This document shows positions 51,847-61,994 of a stretch of DNA of 64,000 nucleotides, in pieces. This DNA comes from Mobula hypostoma (Eukaryota). Below the pieces are notes generated by a model. The model was given only the letters and a program-made list of their open reading frames with translations, had not been told where the DNA came from and searched no databases. Position numbers and translations under genes: made by a program. Where the stretch lies: NCBI RefSeq assembly GCF_963921235.1, contig NC_086097.1, forward strand, positions 22,756,001 through 22,820,000. The letters are read 5' to 3'. Positions within the stretch are counted from its first letter, which is position 1; each line of letters begins with the position of its first letter.

Positions 51847-53712
51847 GTGTGCCCAATCTATGCAACTTGCTGATGCTGCTATGATGAATCTCTTAAAACC
51901 CCAGTCTCTAACATTGAGAAGGAAAAGACAAGCAGACATTTAGGTTTGTCACCATCTGGAAGATTCCCTTCAAAGCTGACACCTTACTGACTTGGAAAAA
52001 TATCCATGAACGCTATAGTCAATGTGACCAGCGCAAACTGCAGTGGTTCAAGAAGGTGTTTCAGGGCAAATAGACTAGTGTAATAATTTTGGACAGCATC
52101 CAGAAATCAAGGTAATAATACCTTAATTGTTTGCTGTTTAGTAATGTTGACTGAAAGGTAGACATCAGCCAGAACATTAAGAATTGTTCTAAGCTCTTTT
52201 TTCAAAGAGTGCCCTGGGATCTTTTATGTGTGCTGATAAATCAGAAGATTGACTGCTTGAATGTCCCATCCAGAAGTCATCACGGTACATACACGTGGGG
52301 TGGCATGGTGGCGTAGTGGTTGTGCAATTGCCTGACGTTGTCAGTGATCACCATTCACCGATTGGAGTTCGATTCCCGCCACTGTATGTAAAAAGCTTGC
52401 AAGTTCTCCCTGTGATGCGTAGGTTTCCTCTGGGTGCTCCGATTTCCCATGTACCAAAGATGTATGGGTTAGGGTTAGTGAGTCGTGGGCATGCTATGTT
52501 GGTACTCAAAGCATTGTGACATTTGCAGGGTGTTCCTAGGATATCCTTACTGATTCAATTTGATGCAAATGACACATTTCACTGTATGTTTTGACGGTTC
52601 GATATATATGTGACAAGGATGGTGTGGTGACGTTGTACAGGCAACCTGGGTTCAGTTCCTGCTGAGTGTGACCACGTGGATTTCCTTTTGGCTGAAGCAG
52701 TTTCTTCCCACAGCCCAAAGACGTACTGGTTAGTAGGCTAAATGATCATTGCAAATTGTCCCATGATTAGGCTAGGATCAAATTGGGCTGCCGGGTGGCG
52801 TGGCTCAAAGGGCTGAAAGGGTCTATTCCGCACTCTATCTCAATAAATAAATAAAGCTAATCTTAATTTCCATATGCAGTAGTATCCTCAGGACTGCACT
52901 GCAATGCCAGCTGAACTATGTTGCCAACTGTTTGGGATGGGGGTAGAATTCACAACTATCTGACTCTTTAGTGAGTGTTCTACACACTGTGCCACAGCTG
53001 TGGTTATAATGGCCAGTGAAAATTGAAGAGACCCGTGCAATTTTTCAAAACTTATTAGATAGCATTTGTTCTCAAAGCACTTTATCTTTTTAATCAATCC
53101 ATCACCGTATTAGGATTACATCTGATCTTGTAGGTGATGTTTGAAAATCCCAGGATATTTTTTTAAAGTTCAAATGTTATTATTCGACTAGTTGCCAATT
53201 TTCTCAACTTGTTTTCCAAAGGTCCTCCTTTCCAATCTCTCTGGTCTTTTATTTCACAAAAGACAATTATTCTTGATTAGTTTGTGATTACTTTTTTACT
53301 AATCTTTTTTTAGGAGTCTGGAATCTGAAAACAGATGACTGAAATAAAAATTAAATTTCTTAGAACTATTCATCAATCGTTTGAAAGTAGCAATGAACAG
53401 CTTTTACAATGATTGCTGTTGGCTTTTCCTGACGTGAATGATTCCTCATTTATGCTGCGTTGTAAATCATTGTAGAATGAGATCTGAGCTGGGCTGCAGC
53501 CCCAGGGATGCAATGCCATTCCTCAGCAGTGAGCTCTGGGTCCTTTTTGACAGGTGGTGAAGTCTTGGAACAGCAACTATTCTGACATGTCACCAGAAGC
53601 TCCGGTGAGTGCGATTCAGTTGAACTCAATGCATTTTTATTAAGTGTCAACAAGTAGCTTAACCCTCTGGTTCCTGCAGCAAGAAGTTGATAAAATGGTT
53701 TATTTTGTCTCA

Positions 53713-54101
53713 GGGATGAGATGTTATGCTGATGTCCCTGTCTGCACTTTCAGGGTGAATATAAAAGATTCAAGTGCTAATTCAAATTATAGAACATAGA
53801 ACATAACAGCACGGTACAGGCCCTTTGGCCTACGTTGTTGCACCAACCTTTTAACCTGCTCTAAGATCAGTCTAACTCTTCCCTCCTACACAGCTCTCTA
53901 TTTTTCTAATAGAACATAGAAGTTATCCCAGGGGTTGTGGACAATATTTATGCTTCATTGAACAGCATTAAAAATTAATGCTCATTATCACATAATGAAC
54001 TTCCTACTCTACTGGTTTTACCTACCATCAAAGTATTTTGTTGGCTGAAAATTGCATTTGAATATCCCGAGGACATGAAGGATCAATGATAAATACAAGC
54101 C
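53713..54101 (+). mobile_element. Degenerate Deu-domain SINE (SacSINE1/AmnSINE1-like), interrupted by a CR1 tail at about 53790-53920
   Basis: ggatgagatgtta...ctgtctgcactttcagggtgaatataaaagattc...ggacaatatttat...cattatcacat resembles the Deu domain. Similar minus-strand copies near 10920-11180 and 52130-52280. Confidence 0.65.
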
Positions 54102-54233
54102 TGGTGCATTTTTGTTGTCTCTGTACACTGAGATTGCATTTTGCAAATCAACTGCAAAGATTAGATGTAAATAATACTAAAAATATTTTTGACCTTCTTT
54201 CAAACTTGATGGAAATGTATACCTGGCCAAATG

Positions 54234-54767
54234 CAGACATCCCACCTCTCCCGGAACTTCCAGGAGTCTCCTGCATATTAATAGTAGCTCCTGATGCCCG
54301 CAAATTATATACAATATCACGGAAATCAATTTTTTTGAGAGCGAGTGAGAGAAAAGCAACAGAGAGCGCGAGAGCGACCACGGGAGAGAGAGAGAGCAAC
54401 CACGGGAGAGCGCGAGCGAGAGCACGCCATGGCAGAGTGTTCCAAAAAAACATAAAACGTACGTCACCCCAGACTACGCTAAAGTGTACCCCTGCCTAAT
54501 AGGGGTCAAAAATAATGACAGTGTTGCTCGCTGCACTGTTTGCAACAGTGACTTTTCTATTGCCCATGGTGGGTTAAGACTGTAAAAGATATGTTGAGGT
54601 GAGTTTAACAGGTGTCATTCGTTCATTAGCATAGCTAATGTTATTTAAATTAGCTGACTAGCTGCTAAGGAGCTACTCTATTGCAGACATCCCACCTCTC
54701 CTGGAAGTCTCCCGCAAGTTGATGGTGCTACCTCCCTGAAATGAGTTTTTGCAGGGTGGGGTGTCTG
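54234..54767 (+). mobile_element. hAT-like non-autonomous element with 6-bp TSD and BED-finger exon remnant
   Basis: TIRs cagacatcccacc / ggtggggtgtctg; caaatg duplicated at 54228-54233 and 54768-54773; ARCTVCNSDFSIAHGG motif. Confidence 0.8.
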
Positions 54768-55712
54768 CAAATGTGAAGTGTTGCACCTTGGTTGGCAAAC
54801 GTAAAGAGACAGTACACTGATAAGGGCCAACGCCTTAACAGTGTTGATGAGCAGAGGGATGTTGGAATCCAAGTTTAAAGCTCCCTGAAAGTCGCTACAC
54901 AGGTTGATAGTGTGGTTAAGAAGGCATGTGGCATGCTTGCCTTTATATGTTCAAAAGTCAGGAAGATATGTTGCAGCTTTATAAAACTCTAGTTAGGCTG
55001 CATCTGGAGTATAGCGAATATTTCTGGTTGGCCCATTGTAGGAAGGATGTTAAGGCTTTGCAGAGGGCGCAGAAGAGATTTACCAGGATGCTGTCTGGAT
55101 TAGAGGGTATGTGCTGTAACGAGACATTGGACAAACTTGGGAGTAGTGGAGATTGAGGGGAGATTTGATACAGGTTTATAAGATTATGAGAGGCACAGAT
55201 GGAGGCACATTCTCGTCGGAAAAACAGCACCAAGACAACACTGGAGGACGGTGCCTTCAAGTGCAGTCGCTGCAGCCGAGACTGTCACTCCCGTGTGGGC
55301 CTCTACAGCCACAACAGACACTGCTCTGACACAGACTGAAGCAAGACTTTTCAGGCGCAGATCCATGGTCTTGCGAGACTAACGGATGCCACTACTAGAT
55401 GGAGGATTGAAATGTTTACTATTAGAGGGCATGTATTTAAGGCAAGAGGGGCTAGTTTTAAAGCAGACATGGGGGGGGGGTGTCTTTTACACAAATAATG
55501 GTGGGTGCCTGGAATGTGCTGGCTGGGGTGATGGTAGAAGCAGATGCACATGGCATTTAAAAGATGTTTAGAAAGGCACATGAATGTGTGGAAAATGGAA
55601 GGATTTGAACATAGTATAGGCAGAAGGCATTAGTTTAGCTGGCATTTTGCTTGCTAATTTATTTGGTTCAGCACTAAACTGTGGGCTGAAGGGTCTGCTC
55701 CTGTTTTGTGTT
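54768..55712 (+). mobile_element. Degenerate CR1 3' fragment hosting the hAT-like and RTE insertions
   Basis: KCEVLHLG..., LQLYKTLVRLHLEY...QKRFTRML, then CR1 3' UTR. Confidence 0.8.
55206..55396 (+). mobile_element. 3' tip of an RTE-clade LINE
   Basis: FKCSRCSRDCHSRVGLYSHNRHC C-terminal Cys/His motif; (ACT)n tail; 9-bp TSD agatggagg (55197-55205, 55397-55405). Confidence 0.85.
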
Positions 55713-56779
55713 CTAAAAGATTACTTTACATAATAGCAGAAGTAGAAAAATACAGTTGCCTGGAAATCAGACACATTCATGCATTATTTTATACTCTGGG
55801 AAAATTGTGTATGAAAGCAATTTTTTTATACGTATGATGGTTTCAGCATTGATTAGTGTCCAACTGGAAATTAGTCGGGCACTTTTAGGTACAATCCATG
55901 GAAGTGTGACTGATATTTCCTCAGTATTAGATGCACTTGAAATCTAGCACCCATTTGCATGAGTATTAAGGGAAATTAAATGGAGGAGCTGCATCTATGG
56001 CCTGAATTCATAACTCACCAGAAGGCGAAAATGACCGTCCTTATCCATCAGTCTGTTGCTAGGGCTCAGTCAGAATAATTTGTGGGATACATCAGACTGG
56101 TTGTAAGCATCACTCAAAGGTTAGATTTCAAAGTAAATGTATTATCAAAGTACATATGTACAGTTTATGTCACTACACTGAGATTTATTTCCTTTCAGGC
56201 ATTCACAGCAGAATGCCTGCAAGAGAATCTAAGAAAGGATGTGTTGACATTGGAGAGGGTTCAAAGGAGGTTCACAAAAATGATTCCAGGATTAAACAGC
56301 TTGTTGTATGAGGAGCATTTGATGGCTCTGGACCTGTATTCACTGGAATTTAGAAGAATGAGGGGTGACCTCATTGAAACCTATCGAATGTTGAAAGCCC
56401 TTGATAGAGTGGATGTGGAGAGCATGTTTCCTATGTGGCAGAGTCGAAGACCAGAGCACACAGCCTCAAAATAGAGGGGTGTCCTTTTAGAACGAGATGA
56501 GGAGGAATTTCTTCAGCCAGAGAGTGGTGAATCTGGGGAATTCATTGCCATAGAAGGCTGTGAAAACCAAGTCATTAGATATATTTAAACCAGTGGTTGA
56601 TAAATTCTTGATTGGTCAGCGCATGAAGGGATATGAGGAGAAGGCAGGAGATTGGGGATGATAGGGAAGATGGATCAACCATGATGAAATGACAGAGCAG
56701 ACTTGATGGGCCAAATAGCTTAATTCTTTCTGCTCCTATATCTCACGTCCTTATGGTCTTAGAACAAAGTGATATTGCA

Positions 56780-58292
56780 AAGATGCATTAGTGATAATTT
56801 TTCAAAACTCGTTAGATTCTGGACTAGTTCCTGAGGATTGGAGGGTGGCTAATGTAACCCCACTTTTTAAAAAAGGAGGGAGAGAGAAACCGGGGAATTA
56901 TAGGCCGGTTAGCCTAACGTCGGTGGTGGGGAAACTGCTGGAGTCAGTTATCAAGGATGTGATAACAGCACATTTGGAAAGCGGTGAAATGATCGGACAA
57001 AGTCAGCATGGATTTGTGAAAGGAAAATCATGTCTGACGAATCTCATAGAATTTTTTGAGGATGTAACTAGTAGAGTGGATAGGGGAGAACCAGTGGATG
57101 TGGTATATTTGGATTTTCAAAAGGCTTTTGACAAGGTCCCACATAGGAGATTAGTGTGCAAACTTAAAGCACACGGTATTGGGGGTAAGGTATTGGTGTG
57201 GGTGGAGAATTGGTTAGCAGACAGGAAGCAAAGAGTGGGAATAAACGGGACCTTTTCAGAATGGCAGGCGGTGACTAGTGGGGTACCGCAAGGCTCAGTG
57301 CTGGGACCCCAGTTGTTTACAATATATATTAATGACTTGGATGAGGGAATTAAATGCAGCATCTCCAAGTTTGCGGATGACACGAAGCTGGGTGGCAGTG
57401 TTAGCAGTGAGGAGGATGCTAAGAGGATGCAGGGTGACTTGGATAGGTTGGGTGAGTGGGCAAACTCATGGCAGATGCAATTTAATGTGGATAAATGTGA
57501 AGTTATCCACTTTGGTGGCAAAAATAGGAAAACAGATTATTATCTGAATGGTGGCCGATTAGGAAAAGGGGAGGTGCAACGAGACCTGGGTGTCATTATA
57601 CACCAGTCATTGAAAGTGGGCATGCAGGTACAGCAGGCGGTGAAAAAGGCGAACGGTATGCTGGCATTTATAGCGAGAGGATTCGAGTACAGGAGCAGGG
57701 AGGTACTACTGCAGTTGTACAAGGCCTTGGTGAGACCACACCTGGAGTATTGTGTGCAGTTTTGGTCCCCTAATCTGAGGAAAGACATCTTTGCCATAGA
57801 GGGAGTACAAAGAAGGTTCACCAGATTGATTCCTGGGATGGCAGGTCTTTCATATGAAGAAAGACTAGATGAACTGGGCTTGTACTCGTTGGAATTTAGA
57901 AGATTGAGGGGGGATCTGATTGAAACGTATAAGATCCTAAAGGGATTGGACAGGCTAGATGCAGGAAGATTGTTCCCGATGTTGGGGAGGTCTAGAACGA
58001 GGGGTCACAGTTTGAGGATAGAGGGGAAGCCTTTTAGGACCGAGGTTAGGAAAAACTTCTTCACACAGAGAGTGGTGAATCTGTGGAATTCTCTGCCACA
58101 GCAAACTGTTGAGGCCAGTTCATTAGCTATGTTTAAAAGGAAGTTAGATATGGCCCTTGTGGCTACAGGGGTCAGGGGGTATGGAGGGAAGGCTGGGTTC
58201 TGAGTTGGATGATCAGCCATGATCATAATAAATGGCGGTGCAGGCTCGAAGGGCCGAATGGCCTACTCCTGCACCTATTTTCTATGTTTCTA
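56780..58292 (+). mobile_element. Young 5'-truncated CR1 LINE
   Basis: Uninterrupted RT reading frame plus 3' UTR ending in (TTTCTATG)-type repeats. Confidence 0.95.
56791..58203 (+). CDS. CR1 ORF2 reverse transcriptase domain (5'-truncated, 470 codons, no native start)
   Basis: NYRPVSLTSVVGKLLE, YLDFQKAFDKV, SGVPQGSVLGP, SKFADDTKL, LVRPHLEYCVQFWSP. Confidence 0.9.
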   Translation: MIIFQNSLDSGLVPEDWRVANVTPLFKKGGREKPGNYRPVSLTSVVGKLLESVIKDVITAHLESGEMIGQSQHGFVKGKSCLTNLIEFFEDVTSRVDRGEPVDVVYLDFQKAFDKVPHRRLVCKLKAHGIGGKVLVWVENWLADRKQRVGINGTFSEWQAVTSGVPQGSVLGPQLFTIYINDLDEGIKCSISKFADDTKLGGSVSSEEDAKRMQGDLDRLGEWANSWQMQFNVDKCEVIHFGGKNRKTDYYLNGGRLGKGEVQRDLGVIIHQSLKVGMQVQQAVKKANGMLAFIARGFEYRSREVLLQLYKALVRPHLEYCVQFWSPNLRKDIFAIEGVQRRFTRLIPGMAGLSYEERLDELGLYSLEFRRLRGDLIETYKILKGLDRLDAGRLFPMLGRSRTRGHSLRIEGKPFRTEVRKNFFTQRVVNLWNSLPQQTVEASSLAMFKRKLDMALVATGVRGYGGKAGF

Positions 58293-61200
58293 AAGAAATC
58301 CAATAGATTCAATGAAAGACTAATATATTACTTTGCGTTGTAGCATTACCAAATTCAGATTCAGATTCATTTTGCTATCACATGTACATAAAAACTTGGT
58401 GAATTGTGGCATTTGCATTAACAGCCAACACAACCCAAGGATGTGCTGGGGACTGCCAACGAGTGCCATCACACATTCCAGCACCATCATAGCATGCCCA
58501 CAAAGCTTTGTGACCTGCAGCACCTTTATCACTCTGCTGAAGGTTTAAGGTTGACTGATTAAGTGGTAACTAAACAAATTGGATTTGCCCTGCTTCATGT
58601 GAGAAGTGCACACATGGGGAGTTTTGCACATTGCCACATAGTTCTGCAGTGCAAGTATTCGGTACAACTGCACAGGTATCTGGTTCCGCATGTAGCTGCA
58701 GATTCATTTGTTACATTCAAATGGAAGCTGGATAAGTATGAAGGAGAGAATTTTCAGGGTTATGGAGAGAGGGGAACAGGTGGGATTAACATGATTGATC
58801 TTTCATAGGCAAATCATGGCACGACAGGCTCGGTGGGCTTCATGCAATAAAAATTTTGTAATTCCATGAAATGAATGTCATAAGTATTGATAATTATTGA
58901 TAATTGCCAATATGAATACAATGATTTATTTCTATTATCAATACAGTACTAGTAATTAATATAACCATTATTGCATGAATATTATATTAATACTATAATA
59001 TCTGCTGAGTTCCTCCAGCATTTTGTGTGTGTAATTCTAGCTTTCCAACGTCTGTGGAATCTCTTGTGTTCATACGAGTAAGTATTTTTATTGATCGATA
59101 AACCTTCTGTGATTTTGTTCTTTATTAATATATCAGTCTTCTTCATGCACAGAAATTGAAACCTAAATCCTGAAGATATGTAGTATTTTTAAACTGGGAG
59201 CATTTTAAAGCTTTGACCTTTCTGGAGGCTTTAGAGAGCGGCTTTGTACTCCTCAGTGGAGTTTCGGATTGATGAAAAAGTCTGCAGATGTTGGAAATCC
59301 AAGCAAGACATGCAAAATGCTGGAGGGACTCTGCAGGTCAGGCAGCATCATTTTAGCACTCCTGCGTGCGGTCAGTTCATGAAGGGTAGCTACTTCGGTT
59401 ATAGAACATCTCATGTCCTCTTTGGGAGATCTGGGATATGTGTGGAATGTGTTAGTGGCAGTACTGCACTTCAAAATGGGCAAATGTCAGTTCATACCAG
59501 CCCAAATTTACATGTACATTTTATTTAGTGTAAAATGTAGTGCAGAAAGTAAAGACTTATTTTGGATAGTAACACTTTCAACAAACTTTAAAGAAAAGGA
59601 AAGATTATTTATCAAATGTGCATTGAAATATCAGAAGATACAGTGAAATAGGTCCAGCACAGTCTGAATGTGTGTGGCAGCAGCCTTCTAGTGTCACACA
59701 TGTCCACAACTTACTAACCCTAAACCATATGTCTTTGGACCATGGGACGCAACTGGAGCACCTGGAGGAGAGCTACACGGTCACCGGGAGAACGTACAAA
59801 CTCCTTGCAGACAGAAACAAGAGTTGAACCCATCACTGATTGCCTCTGCTGTAATGGTACAGCTGCCCTGACATATCAGAACAAACAAACTTCCCCAGTT
59901 ACACTCCACAAGGGTGACATGGTGGCATAGCCATTAACACAATGCCTTACAATGCCAGCTGAAAGATTGGGGGTTTAATTCCTGTAAGAAGTTTGTATGT
60001 TCTCCCCGTGAACGTGTGTGTTCCCTCCGGGTGCTCTGGTCTCCTTCATGTTCCAAAGAAGTACGGATTAGGGTGCATGACTTATGAGCATGCTACATTG
60101 GCTCCGGGAGCATGGTGACACTTGCAGGCTGCCCAGCACAATCGGCGCTGATTTGACTTGATGTGAATAACACAATTCACTGTATGTCTTGTTGTACTTG
60201 TGACATATAAAGCTAATTTGCCTTTAATCTTTAATAGCATTATGCTAACCGCTGCACTGCCATGCCACCCTTGGGGGAAATGTAATTGGGGGATTTAGTT
60301 TGTTCTGATATGTCAGGACAGCTGTACCATTTTAGAATCAGAATCAGGTTTAATATCACCAGCGTATGTTGAGAAATTTATTAACTTTAGGGCAGTGGTA
60401 CAATGCAATACATGATAAATAAATATAGAGAAAAAATTAATTAAAGTAAGTATATATAAAATAGTTAAATTAAAATAAGTGGTGGAAATGAAACAGAAAT
60501 AAAAAAGTAGTGAGGCAGTGTTCACGGGTTCAATATCTATTTAGAAATCGAATGGCAGAGGAGAAGAAGCTGTTCTTGAATTGCTGAGTATGTGGCTTCA
60601 GGCCTCTGTACTCCTTTCTGCTGGTAACAGTGAGAAGAGGGCATGTCCTGGGTAGTGGGGGTCCTTAGTGATGGACAATGCCTTCCTAAGGCACTGCTCC
60701 TTGAAGTTGTCTTGGATACTACAACACCCCGATTTCAATCTGAATAATGGTATCTCCCTCAAGTACTTAGACAGCAATTTAAATAATTGTGTTCTAAATA
60801 TAATCTATCTGTGCACTGTAATGCTGCCTTTTAAAAAGGTTGCACAGTGTGATAATTGCAGCAAGCTTGACAGGACCTTAAAGAGGTATCTGCAGAGCAG
60901 ATGCAAAGAAGGTGAATACCAATCTCCAACAAAATAGAAGTGTGATTCTGAATCAAACAGCACTGCAGCATGTTGTTAAGCAAATAATGTATTCAAAAGA
61001 AAGGATGTCTACCCTCCGCTGGATGACAGAACCCAGGGATACATGTGTCTTAAACCTGACGTCATGACAATAAGTCACACTGAATGTACTGTAACTTTGC
61101 AAGAGGTATGTTTATGCATACAAATATTGATGCAGCTACAAAGAAAGCACGACAGTGGCTATATTTCATTAGAAATTTGAGTATGTCACGAAAAACACTC

Positions 61201-61595
61201 GCAAATTTCTACAGATATACAGATAGACTGGCTGCACCACATCGGGCACTGGGGGGAGGTGGTGGAGTGCGCAGGTTCTTTTCCACCACCATCCGATTTC
61301 TCAATGGACATTGAACCCATGAACAATATCTCAATACTTTTTTATTTCTAATTTTGCACTAGTTTTTTAATTTAGCTATTTTATATATATGTATAATTCA
61401 CGGATTTTTTTATTCATTATTATGTATTGCATAGTTCTGCTGCTGCAAAGTCTATAAATTTTACATCATATGCCAGTGATATTAAACCTGATTCTGATGC
61501 TGTCCCTATATTCCAGTACACGTGATGAGAAATTTCAACTGTAATTAATTCAGTCTTTGCAAACATAACAATTTTACAAATCTATTGAAAGATAT

Positions 61596-61800
61596 ACAAA
61601 ATGCTGGAGGATATCCGCAGATTAGGCAGCATCTATGGAAAGCAATGAACAGTCAAATTTCGGACTGAGACCCTTCATCAGGACTGGCGTGAAACATCGA
61701 CTGTTTACTCCTTTCCACAGATGCTGCCTGGGGTGCTAAGTTCCTCCAATATTTTGTGTGTGTTGCTCTGGATTTCAAGTATCTGCAGAATTTCTTGTGT
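61596..61800. mobile_element. Penelope-derived fold-back (inverted terminal repeat) element with a minimal hammerhead motif
   Basis: Arms acaaaatgctggagga...ggcagcatctatggaaa / tttccacagatgctgcc...tcctccaatattttgt; minus-strand AGUC-CUGAUGA-AGGGUCUCAGUCC-GAAA-UUU-GACU at 61651-61685. Confidence 0.7.
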
Positions 61801-61994
61801 TTATGAATTAAAAAATCTGTTGATAGGTTATAGATCAAAACAGAAGAAGGTAGCACAAACAAAGATAAAAGCACTAATCTTCAGAGTTTATAAAAATCTG
61901 GAGCAATACACAAAGTGCTGGAGGAATGCAACAAGTCAGACAGGATCTATGGTGGAGGATAAACGGTGGATGTTTCGGGCTGAGACGCTTCATC

